A program made the translations under genes and the position numbers. A model generated the notes under the pieces. The model saw only the letters and a list, made by a program, of their open reading frames with translations. It ran no database searches and was not told the origin of the DNA. This document shows positions 35,903 through 44,526 of a stretch of 64,000 nt of DNA, one piece after another. Source of the stretch: Dehalococcoidia bacterium (lineage in GTDB: Bacteria; Chloroflexota; Dehalococcoidia; SM23-28-2; HRBIN24); the NCBI GenBank assembly GCA_025062275.1, contig JANXAP010000007.1, positions 35,294-99,293 of the forward strand, written 5' to 3'. How positions within the stretch are numbered: position 1 is the first letter of the stretch; each line of letters begins with the position of its first letter.

Positions 35903-38086
35903 TCAGGCGATGCGGGCCTCGTCCACGCCCCGCTTCAGCAGCTCCGCCACCTGCTCCGCAGGCAGGGGGCGGCTGAAGAGGTAGCCCTGCATCTCGTGGC
36001 AGCCCAGGGTGAGCAGCAGCTGCGCCTGCTCCTGGGTCTCCACGCCCTCGGCGATGACCCGCAGCCCCAGGGAGCGGGCCAGGGTGACCACCGCCGCCAC
36101 GATGGCGGCATCGGCCTGGCTGGCGGTCATGTCCCAGATGAAGGTGCGGTCGACCTTCACCACGTCCACCGGCAGCGTCTTCAGGTGGCTGAGGGACGAG
36201 TGGCCGGTGCCGAAGTCGTCCACGCAGACCAGGACGCCCAGCCCCCGCAGGGCCAGCAGCAGGCTCACCGCCCGCTCCAGCTCCACCATGATGGCCCCCT
36301 CGGTGACCTCCAGCATGAGCTGCCGGGGCGGCAGGCCCGTCTCCTGAAGGGCGCGGGAGACGGCCGCCAGCAGCTCCTCGTCCTGGCGCATCTGCCGGGG
36401 GGAGAGGTTGACGGTGACGAAGAAGGGCGGCAGGCCGTCCCTCTGCCAGGCCACGGCCTGGGCGCAGGCGGTGTTGAGCACACACTCTCCCAGGGGGACG
36501 ATGAGTCCCGTCTCCTCGGCCAGGGGTATGAACTGGTCGGGGAAGAGGAGGCCCCGCTCCGGGTGCTGCCAGCGCACCAGCGCCTCCAGCCCCACCACCT
36601 TGCCGGCCTCCAGGTCCACGATGGGCTGGTAGTGCAAGACCAGCTCCCCTCGCTCCAGGGCGCGGTGCAGCTCGCTCTCCATGGCCAGGCGGTTGCCGAG
36701 GCCGGACCCCATCAGGGTGGTGTAGGTCTGGTAGGTGTTGCGCCCCCGCTCCTTGGCCCGGTACATGGCGATGTCGGCGTTGCGGAGGAGGGCCTGGGGG
36801 TCCTCGCCGTGCTGGGGGAACAGGACCAGGCCGATGCTGGCCGTGATGTAAAGCTCGCGGTCGTCCACGAAGAAGGGGAGCTGCATGGCCCCCAGCAGGC
36901 GTCGGGCCGCGTCTTCCGCCTCCGACTCCCGCGTCACCTCGGGCAGCAGCACAGCGAACTCGTCGCCGCCGGTGCGGGCCAGCAGGTGGTTGCCGTTGAG
37001 GGCCTCCGCCAGGCGTCGCCCCACCAGCCGCAGGAGCTTGTCGCCGAAGCTGTGGCCGAAGGTGTCGTTGACCAGCTTGAAGCGGTCCAGGTCCAGGAAG
37101 AGCACGCCCACATGCTGGCCCCGCCGCCGCGCCTGAGCGATGGCCGCCTGCAGTCGGTCTTCCAGCATGTGGCGGTTGGGCAGGCCCGTGAGGGTGTCGT
37201 AGTAGGCCATGCGCCAGATGGTGTCCTGGGCCTGCTGGAGGTCCATCAGGTGGCGCTCCAGCTCGATGTTGCGCTGCACCAGGGTCTCGGTCATGTTGTT
37301 GAAGGCCTGGGCCAGGGAGACCATCTCCTCCGGCCCCTCCACGGGCGCCCGGGCCGTCAGGTCACCGGCAGCGATGGCTGTGGCGGCGCGCCGCAGCTTG
37401 GCCAGGGGCTGGAGGATGGAGCGGTCGAACAGGACAGCGGTGACGAAGGCCACCAGCAGGCTGAAGGCCCCCAGCCCCCCCTGGATGACCAAGTGCGTCC
37501 ACGTGGCCCGTTCCGCCACCTCTCGCTCCTGGGTGACCAGCATGAGCCAGGCCCTGCTGGCGTCGCGCAGGTCCTGCTCGATGGAGTCGGCCATGGGCCA
37601 CAGCTGCTGGCCGGCCCGGATGGCCCCCAGGGGGTCATCGCCCAGATAGGCGTCGACCACCTTCCCGATCTCGCTGTCGAAGGCGTCCATCCGCGCCGTC
37701 AGGGCATAGAGGGCCGTGGCATCGGCCCACATGCCCAGGGAGGCAGCGATGCGACGTACCCGGTCCACCTCCTGGCGGGCCGACTGTATGCTCAGACGAT
37801 AGAGGTCGAAGTAGGAGCGGTCGCGCAGGATGGTGAGAGAGGCCAGGGCTGCCTTGGCCTGCGTGAACTCGCCGTGCGCCTGCTCCAGCGCCACGCCCGC
37901 CTGAGAGAGCTGATCCATGTCCTGCAGGTGGGTGCGGTGCAGATTGGCGTAGTAGATGGACGAGACGGTCATGGTGGCCAGGGCGCAGGCTATCAGGAAG
38001 AGAGCGAGGCGGGCACGTCCGCGGGAGGACTTGGGCAAAGGGAGACGCCAAGCCCTACCGCCTCCTGACACGGCGGCTGCAGACAT
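35903..38086 (-). CDS. Sensor diguanylate cyclase/phosphodiesterase (HAMP-GGDEF-EAL)
   Basis: TM plus periplasmic sensor plus HAMP, 'GGDEF' ('ARTGGDEFAVLL') and EAL ('EALVRW…') domains. Confidence 0.85.
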   Translation of the reverse strand: MSAAAVSGGGRAWRLPLPKSSRGRARLALFLIACALATMTVSSIYYANLHRTHLQDMDQLSQAGVALEQAHGEFTQAKAALASLTILRDRSYFDLYRLSIQSARQEVDRVRRIAASLGMWADATALYALTARMDAFDSEIGKVVDAYLGDDPLGAIRAGQQLWPMADSIEQDLRDASRAWLMLVTQEREVAERATWTHLVIQGGLGAFSLLVAFVTAVLFDRSILQPLAKLRRAATAIAAGDLTARAPVEGPEEMVSLAQAFNNMTETLVQRNIELERHLMDLQQAQDTIWRMAYYDTLTGLPNRHMLEDRLQAAIAQARRRGQHVGVLFLDLDRFKLVNDTFGHSFGDKLLRLVGRRLAEALNGNHLLARTGGDEFAVLLPEVTRESEAEDAARRLLGAMQLPFFVDDRELYITASIGLVLFPQHGEDPQALLRNADIAMYRAKERGRNTYQTYTTLMGSGLGNRLAMESELHRALERGELVLHYQPIVDLEAGKVVGLEALVRWQHPERGLLFPDQFIPLAEETGLIVPLGECVLNTACAQAVAWQRDGLPPFFVTVNLSPRQMRQDEELLAAVSRALQETGLPPRQLMLEVTEGAIMVELERAVSLLLALRGLGVLVCVDDFGTGHSSLSHLKTLPVDVVKVDRTFIWDMTASQADAAIVAAVVTLARSLGLRVIAEGVETQEQAQLLLTLGCHEMQGYLFSRPLPAEQVAELLKRGVDEARIA

Positions 38087-38120
38087 TCCAAAGGATTAGA
38101 TACGGGGTAGTAGGTAGACG

Positions 38121-39527
38121 TTACAGGGCCAGCTTGCCGGGGTTGAGAATGCCCTGGGGGTCCAGCGCCCTCTTGATGGCCCGCATCAGCTCCAGGCCCA
38201 GGCCATGCTCCCGCTCCATCAGGTGGAGCAGCTTCAGCCCCACCCCGTGGCACTGCTCCATGGAGCCGCCCATGTCCTGGGCTATGACCAGCAGCTCGTC
38301 CACGGCCTCGGCCAGCGAGTCGCCATCGCCCTCGGGCTGGACCATGACCACGTCGAAGAGGCCCGGCCTGCCCCAGATGCCGTACTCCAGCGGCAGCACC
38401 CGCCTGCGGGCCAGCACCTCCTGACAGCGGCGACGGTAATCCAGGACGCGCGAAGGCGGCAGCGAGACGTGCACGTAGTCGAAGCGGGCGCCCGCCACCG
38501 GCTCCCGCGGCCGCCCCTGGCGCCTGCCCCGGGCGAAGCGCAGGGCGATGTCGTGACGGTGCTCCCAGAAGGACTCGGCCTCCCGCGGCGGCAGCGGCCG
38601 GCCGCCGCTGGCACGGCATATCTCGTCGGCGCGGCCCCTCTGGGCTTCCACCTCCTGGCGGAAGCCTTCGAAGGCCAGGTAGAGTTTGGCCCCGGCCGAG
38701 ACGGGGCGAGAAGTATCGGCCCCAGGTTCGAAGTCTTCGCCGTAGTCCAGCACCGAGGGCACCAGGCCGATGCCGTCCATGGCCATGATGGCCTCGAACC
38801 CCGCCTCGAAACTGTCGAAAGCATAGGCTGCCAGCACCCGCGCCTCGGGCAAGGGCAGGCAGCGCAGCACGGCCTCGGTGATGACGCCGAAGCAACCCTC
38901 GGTGCCGATGAACAGGTGGTTCAGGTCCAGTCCTGCGGACTTGCCCTGCACGCCTCGCGTGCGCAGGACGCGGCCGTCGGCCAGCACCACCGTCAGCCCC
39001 AGCACCTGATCACCCATGGAGCCGTAGCGCCCCACCCGGTAGCCCATGCCGTTGGTGGAAATGGCGCCTCCCACGGTAGCGATGGGCAGGGACCAGGGGT
39101 CATGGGCCAGCATCAGCCCGTGGGCGGCCAGCTCCCGGTCCAGCCGCTCCAGCACCATTCCGGCCTGAACGTGGACAGTGCGGTCGGAGCGGCTGATGGC
39201 CAGCACCCTGTCCATGGCCCCCAGATCCAGCACCAGCGAGGGCTGGACGGGCACGGCCGCACCCATCACCCCGGTGCCGCCGCCGTAGGGCACCACCGCC
39301 AGGCCCCTTTGGGCGGCCAAACGCACAACCGCCGCCACCTCTTCGGTGCTGCGGGGGCGCGCAGCCAGAAGGGGCTGGGTCTTTATTTGTCCGGCCAGGC
39401 GGAAGGCCCGGTTGGGGCCCAGGGCGTCCCAGGAGTAGCGCTCCAGCTCACCGGGGTCCAGAACGACGGCTTCCCGGCCGATGGCCTCGGCTACGGCCTG
39501 AGCCAATGAGTCCACATCGACAGCCAC
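38121..39527 (-). CDS. FAD-linked oxidase (GlcD/D-lactate dehydrogenase family)
   Basis: PCMH-type FAD-binding domain ('…VVPYGGGTGVMGAA…') plus a C-terminal oxidase domain. Confidence 0.8.
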   Translation of the reverse strand: MAVDVDSLAQAVAEAIGREAVVLDPGELERYSWDALGPNRAFRLAGQIKTQPLLAARPRSTEEVAAVVRLAAQRGLAVVPYGGGTGVMGAAVPVQPSLVLDLGAMDRVLAISRSDRTVHVQAGMVLERLDRELAAHGLMLAHDPWSLPIATVGGAISTNGMGYRVGRYGSMGDQVLGLTVVLADGRVLRTRGVQGKSAGLDLNHLFIGTEGCFGVITEAVLRCLPLPEARVLAAYAFDSFEAGFEAIMAMDGIGLVPSVLDYGEDFEPGADTSRPVSAGAKLYLAFEGFRQEVEAQRGRADEICRASGGRPLPPREAESFWEHRHDIALRFARGRRQGRPREPVAGARFDYVHVSLPPSRVLDYRRRCQEVLARRRVLPLEYGIWGRPGLFDVVMVQPEGDGDSLAEAVDELLVIAQDMGGSMEQCHGVGLKLLHLMEREHGLGLELMRAIKRALDPQGILNPGKLAL

Positions 39528-39580
39528 AGATCACACCTCCAGGGCGATTATAGGCCCGGGGATAGGGGTGAGGGCCAGGC

Positions 39581-41494
39581 CTAAGAGGCGGAGGAGGGAC
39601 GAGGGGAGCGGTCGGGACGGCTGCCCTCGCCGGCACCGTCGCCGCTGCCGTGGCCGTCGCCGCCCAGCACCGGCACCGCCTGCTGATAGGCGAGGCGGTA
39701 GAGGCGGGCGTAAAGCCCATCGCGGGCCATCAGCTCCTCGTGACGCCCCTCCTCCACGATCCGCCCCTGGTCCAGCACCACGATGCGGTCGGCACCCCGC
39801 ACCGTGGACAGGCGGTGGGCGATGACGAAGGAGGTGCGGCCCTGCAGCAGTCGACGCAACGCCCGCTGCAGCAACGCCTCGGTCACCGGGTCGACGCTGG
39901 CAGTGGCCTCGTCCAGGATGAGGATGCGGGGGTCAGCCAGAAGCGCCCTGGCGAAGCTGATGAGCTGCCGCTGGCCCAACGACAGGTTCTGCCCTCGCTC
40001 GTGCAGATAGGTATCGTAGCCCTGGGGCAACCGGACGATGAAGTCGTGAGCCCCCACCGCCCGCGCTGCCGCCTCCACTTCCTCGTCGCTGGCGTCGGGA
40101 CGGCCGTAGCGTATGTTCTCCCGCACCGTCCCCGTGAACAGGAAAGGCTCCTGCAGCACCACCCCCAGCCGTCGGGCCAGGGAGCTGCGACGGATGCGGC
40201 GGATGTCCACCCCGTCTATGAGCACCTGCCCCTCCGTCACGTCGTAGAGGCGGGCCACCAGGGATACCAGCGTGCTCTTGCCGGCCCCCGTGGGGCCCAC
40301 TATGGCCACCATCTCCCCGGGCTGGACCTTGAGGTTGATGTCGTGCAGCACCTCCACATCGGGCACGTAGCGGAAGTGGACGTGTCGGAACTCCACCTGG
40401 CCGCGGATGTCGGGCAGGTCGATGGCGTCGGGCGCATCGGTTATTTCGGGCTGGGTGTCCAGGACCTCCAGAATCCTGGCACCGGCCGCCATGGCCCGCT
40501 GCAACTGGGTGTACTGCATTATCAGGTTCCGCACCGGCTCGAACACCCTCTGCACGTAGAGGGCGAAGGCCACGAACTCGCCCACCTCCAGCTGGCCGTT
40601 CATCACCCGCACGCCGCCCACGCCGATGACCAGGGCGGTGGAGACGGCCACCAGCACCTCCACCAGGGGCATCACCGCCGCCGTCAGACGCCCCGCCTCC
40701 ACATTGGCCATCAGGTGGTCGGCGTTGACCCGGTCGAAGCGGCGCAGGTTCTCCTCCTCGCGAGTGAGGCTCTGGACCACCCGCACCCCCGACACGTTCT
40801 CCTGCAGGTTGGCATTGACCACGGCAATGGCCTGGCGGACGCGCAGGAAGGCCTGCCGCGCCCGCGACTGCCAGACGGCCATGGCCAGCACCAGCACAGG
40901 CAGCACCGACAGGGCCACCAGCGCCATGATCACGTCCTGATAGAAGACGAAGAAGATGACGAAGGCCACTCCCAGGAACTGATAGAAGATGTCGTAGACC
41001 CCGGTGGTGATGAGGTCCTGCAGGGCGGCCACGTCGTTCTGCACGCGGGACATGACGCGCCCTACCTGATTGCTGTCGATGAAGCGGACCGACAGCTTCA
41101 TGATGTGCTCGAAGAGGAGCAGGCGCAGGCGCAGCAGCACCCGGTGGCCGACGTAGGTGGTAATGAGCTGTTGGACGAACTGGGCACCCCAGGAGACCAC
41201 CGCCAGCCCCAGCACCAGTCCCGCGATGGCCGCCAGCCCGCGGAAGTTGCCCCCCCGCACGAACTCGTCGATGCCGCGGCCGATGAGCCAGGGCTGGGCC
41301 TGGGTGGTAGCGGCCGCCACGAGCAGGGCAGCGAAGGCCGCCAGCACCCTCCCCTTGTACGGCGCCAGGTAGGGCAGGAAGCGGCGCACCACCGTGTGGT
41401 CGTAGATGGTGCCCGGGCCTTCCTCCTCCCACACGTCGGCCCCGCGGCGTATGGCCCCCAGATTCATGCCGCCGAAGCCGCCCCACATGCCCAT
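39581..41494 (-). CDS. ABC exporter, fused permease/ATPase (MsbA-like), subunit 2
   Basis: Six TM helices plus an NBD with 'GPTGAGKSTL', 'LSLGQRQLISFARAL' and 'LILDEATASVD'. Confidence 0.85.
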   Translation of the reverse strand: MGMWGGFGGMNLGAIRRGADVWEEEGPGTIYDHTVVRRFLPYLAPYKGRVLAAFAALLVAAATTQAQPWLIGRGIDEFVRGGNFRGLAAIAGLVLGLAVVSWGAQFVQQLITTYVGHRVLLRLRLLLFEHIMKLSVRFIDSNQVGRVMSRVQNDVAALQDLITTGVYDIFYQFLGVAFVIFFVFYQDVIMALVALSVLPVLVLAMAVWQSRARQAFLRVRQAIAVVNANLQENVSGVRVVQSLTREEENLRRFDRVNADHLMANVEAGRLTAAVMPLVEVLVAVSTALVIGVGGVRVMNGQLEVGEFVAFALYVQRVFEPVRNLIMQYTQLQRAMAAGARILEVLDTQPEITDAPDAIDLPDIRGQVEFRHVHFRYVPDVEVLHDINLKVQPGEMVAIVGPTGAGKSTLVSLVARLYDVTEGQVLIDGVDIRRIRRSSLARRLGVVLQEPFLFTGTVRENIRYGRPDASDEEVEAAARAVGAHDFIVRLPQGYDTYLHERGQNLSLGQRQLISFARALLADPRILILDEATASVDPVTEALLQRALRRLLQGRTSFVIAHRLSTVRGADRIVVLDQGRIVEEGRHEELMARDGLYARLYRLAYQQAVPVLGGDGHGSGDGAGEGSRPDRSPRPSSAS

Positions 41495-41496
41495 CC

Positions 41497-43317
41497 TCAG
41501 CTGCCTCCCCCGGCCGAGGGCCGGCCCATGGTGAGCCGCAGGGCCTCCTCCTGGTCCCTCAGCTCCAGCTCGTAGATCTGGCGATAGAGGCCGTGGCGGG
41601 ACAGCAGCTCCTCGTGGCGTCCCTGCTCCACTATCTCCCCGTCCTTGAGCACCAGCACCTTGTCGGCCAGCTTCAGGGTGCGCAGCCGGTGGGCGATGAC
41701 GAAGGTGGTGCGCCCCTTCATTAGCTCCACCAGCGCCTCCCAGATGAGGCGCTCCGTCTCCGCGTCCACGCTGGAGGTGGAGTCGTCCAGAATGAGGACG
41801 CGGGGGTCCCGCAGCAGGGTGCGGGCGATGGCCACCCGCTGCCTCTGGCCACCCGAGAGGGTGATGCCTCGCTCGCCCACCCAGGTGTCGTAGCCGTCGG
41901 GCAGGGAAACGATGAAGTCGTGGATGCGGGCCGCCTTGGCCGCTCGCTCGATGTCTTCCTGGCTGGCCCAGGGGGCGCCGTACGCGATGTTGTCGCGGAT
42001 GGTGGCCGAAAAGAGAAAGATGTCCTGCTGGACGATGCCCACCACCCGCCGCAGCGACTGAAGGGTCACGTCCCGGATGTCGATTCCATCGATGGTGATG
42101 CGGCCCGCCGTGACGTCATAGAAGCGGGGCAGAAGGTTGACGATGGTGGTCTTGCCGCTGCCGGCCGGCCCCATCAAGGCCACCACCTCTCCCGGCCGCG
42201 CCTCGAAGGTGATGCCCCTCAGCACCGGCACCAGGGAGTTGTAGGCGAAGTGGACGTCCTCGAAGCGCACGTGCCCCTTGACGTCCCGCAGCACGATGGC
42301 CCCTGGCTTCTCCTTCACCTCCGGCTGGGCATCCAGCACCTCGAATATGCGCTGGGAGGCGGAAAGGGCCCGCGAGTAGATCCCCACGATCCAACCGAGG
42401 GCCCGCAGCGGCATTTGCATCAGGGTCAGATAGAACAGGAAGGCCGTCAGCTCGCCCACCGTCACCCGACCCTCGATGGCCTGCCAGCCGCCGAACAGCA
42501 GCACGACCCCCTGGGAGACCATCCACAAAAAGGAAATGAGGGGGCTGTTATAGGCCTGGATGCGGCCGGCGGTGTAGGCGTCGTCGAACAGGGCCCGCGC
42601 CTCCTTCCCGAACCGCTCCAGCTCGTAGTCCTCCCGCCCGAACACCTTCACCACCCGGAAACCGGTCAGGGACTCCTGCAACAGGCTGGTGAGCTGGCCC
42701 ATGCGGTTCTGGACCTGCAGCCAGAGGGGGCGCAGGCGCACGCTCATGGAGGCCGAGCGCCACAACACCAGCGGCGCCACCGACAGGGCGGCCAGGGCCA
42801 GCTGCCAGTCGCTCCAGAACATCAGGACGGCGGCCGCCACCACCACCCCAGCCAGGTAGCCCAGCCGCAGCACCCCGAACTGGATGAACAGTCGCGCCGC
42901 CTCCACGTCCTGGGTGGCACGCGACATGAGCTGCCCCGTCTCGGAATGGTCGTGGAAGGAGAAGGAGAGGCGCTGGAACTGGTCATAGAGGCGGTTGCGC
43001 AGGTCGTAGGCCACCCGCTGGGATGTCCACTCCGACAGGAACTGCTGCCCGTAAACGAAGGCGCCCCTCAGCACCGCCGCCCCCACCACTGCCAGGGCAG
43101 CCACCACTAGCACCGGCACGCTGGTGTCGGTCGCCAGGCGGCCCCCCTCCACCTTTATGCCCAGGCCGAAGTCCACCGCCCACCGCACCAGCTGGGGGCT
43201 GGCCAGGCCGAAGCCGCTCGCGCCGGCGATGCAGACCAGGGCCAGGGCCACCTGCCTCTTGTAAGGGGCGAGGAATCTCAGCAATCTCAACAGATGCATG
43301 GCGACCCTCATGGGCAT
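41497..43317 (-). CDS. ABC exporter, fused permease/ATPase, subunit 1
   Basis: Six TM helices plus an NBD with 'GPAGSGKTTI', 'LSGGQRQRVAIART' and 'LILDDSTSSVD'. 2-nt gap to its partner, suggesting a heterodimer. Confidence 0.85.
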   Translation of the reverse strand: MPMRVAMHLLRLLRFLAPYKRQVALALVCIAGASGFGLASPQLVRWAVDFGLGIKVEGGRLATDTSVPVLVVAALAVVGAAVLRGAFVYGQQFLSEWTSQRVAYDLRNRLYDQFQRLSFSFHDHSETGQLMSRATQDVEAARLFIQFGVLRLGYLAGVVVAAAVLMFWSDWQLALAALSVAPLVLWRSASMSVRLRPLWLQVQNRMGQLTSLLQESLTGFRVVKVFGREDYELERFGKEARALFDDAYTAGRIQAYNSPLISFLWMVSQGVVLLFGGWQAIEGRVTVGELTAFLFYLTLMQMPLRALGWIVGIYSRALSASQRIFEVLDAQPEVKEKPGAIVLRDVKGHVRFEDVHFAYNSLVPVLRGITFEARPGEVVALMGPAGSGKTTIVNLLPRFYDVTAGRITIDGIDIRDVTLQSLRRVVGIVQQDIFLFSATIRDNIAYGAPWASQEDIERAAKAARIHDFIVSLPDGYDTWVGERGITLSGGQRQRVAIARTLLRDPRVLILDDSTSSVDAETERLIWEALVELMKGRTTFVIAHRLRTLKLADKVLVLKDGEIVEQGRHEELLSRHGLYRQIYELELRDQEEALRLTMGRPSAGGGS

Positions 43318-43451
43318 TCTAATGCATGCTTACCTTCACGTCAAATGTCTACGTTGGCCACGCGACTACTTTTCTGGGCAAGATTACGGGGGGCAGAGGA
43401 TGGGCCGGAGGAGCGACCCCCAGGCGAAGAGGCGGGGTAGGCGACGGGGCC

Positions 43452-44177
43452 TCAGTCGATGAACTCGTGCTTGACGCGCCAGCCCTGGCTGCGAAGGTGC
43501 CCGGCCAGGTCCTCCAGCAGGCAACGGCGGCCGGCCAGATAGACCATGGTCAGGCGCGGGTCCAGGTCCAGGGCATCCAGCCAGCGGCTGACCCCCTTGG
43601 TGACCAGGGGGGCATGGGAGGCAGCAGGCCGCCGCATCCGCGGAGAGGGAGGGACGATGCTGTAGTGGAGGGCCTCAGGGCAGCGGGCCGCCAACCCCTC
43701 CAGCTCGTGGGCGTAGGCCAGCTCTTCCCCGGCCGCCATGTGCAGCAACCAGAAACGGTGGACGGCCGGCGGCGTCTGCAGACGGTCGCGCAGGACGCTG
43801 ATGAAGGGCGCGATGCCCACCCCGGTGCTCACCAGCACCTGGTTGCGGTAGCGACGGTCGAAGGTGAGGGACCCCTGGGCATGCCAGCGCAGGGGTACCG
43901 CGTCCCCCTCATCCAGCATCCACAGGCGGCGGCTGAAGGGGCCTCGCGGCACCAGGCGGGCCACCAGCTCCAGCATGGGCAGCTCCCAGGGCGCCGAAGC
44001 GATGAAGAAGGCGCGCTCCTGTCCGTCCAGGACGAGATGGCAGTGCTGACCGGCCCGAAAGGAAAAGGACGGCGGCACCTTCAACCACAGGCGCATGAGG
44101 GTGGACGTCAAGTCCTGACGGCGCAGGACGTAGGCGATGGCCAAAGCGGGACCTCCCTTGGGTCTTCCCCCTCTCAT
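43452..44177 (-). CDS. Ferredoxin-NADP reductase-like FAD/NAD(P)-binding oxidoreductase
   Basis: FNR-type layout ('…RAGQHCHLVL…VSTGVGIAPFISVL…'). Start taken at the ATG at 44175-44177 with a GGGGG SD; the TTG-initiated ORF-track extension is not needed. Confidence 0.6.
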   Translation of the reverse strand: MRGGRPKGGPALAIAYVLRRQDLTSTLMRLWLKVPPSFSFRAGQHCHLVLDGQERAFFIASAPWELPMLELVARLVPRGPFSRRLWMLDEGDAVPLRWHAQGSLTFDRRYRNQVLVSTGVGIAPFISVLRDRLQTPPAVHRFWLLHMAAGEELAYAHELEGLAARCPEALHYSIVPPSPRMRRPAASHAPLVTKGVSRWLDALDLDPRLTMVYLAGRRCLLEDLAGHLRSQGWRVKHEFID

Positions 44178-44419
44178 GGTAACCCCCGGCAGCGACGAGC
44201 TCCCTACGGCAGGCTGCAAAGCTTACCCCCAATTGTTAGCTATGATGCTAATAATTATAAGGCCGATCTCGATAGACGCTAGACAACATGTCGTTAAAAG
44301 CAGGTTAACGGGCCGGCCTGTCGCGGCGGCAGAGGCGTCCGCGGCCAGGGAGGGCAACGGACACCGCCCCGAAAGGGCATGTACCCCCTTCCATGCTCCT
44401 TCGAGGCCCGAAAGGGGGC

Positions 44420-44448
44420 TTGACACTCGCAGCCCTAGCGGGTAGCAT
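44420..44448 (+). promoter_or_regulatory. Putative promoter of the sulfate-assimilation operon
   Basis: TTGACA, a 17-nt spacer, then TAGCAT, about 75 nt before the sir ATG. Confidence 0.4.
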
Positions 44449-44526
44449 AGTCGACAAAGTGAGGCAGGAAACTCAACAATCGCCTATTACAGCCAGCGGC
44501 CCATGGCAGCCGCGGGAGGGGATACC

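Noticed and set aside
44311-44419. Possible riboswitch in the sulfate-operon leader
   Set aside because: Hairpins are present, but no match to remembered SAM-I/SAM-II or other sulfur-related riboswitch cores could be recognised by eye. Retained only as part of the leader observation.
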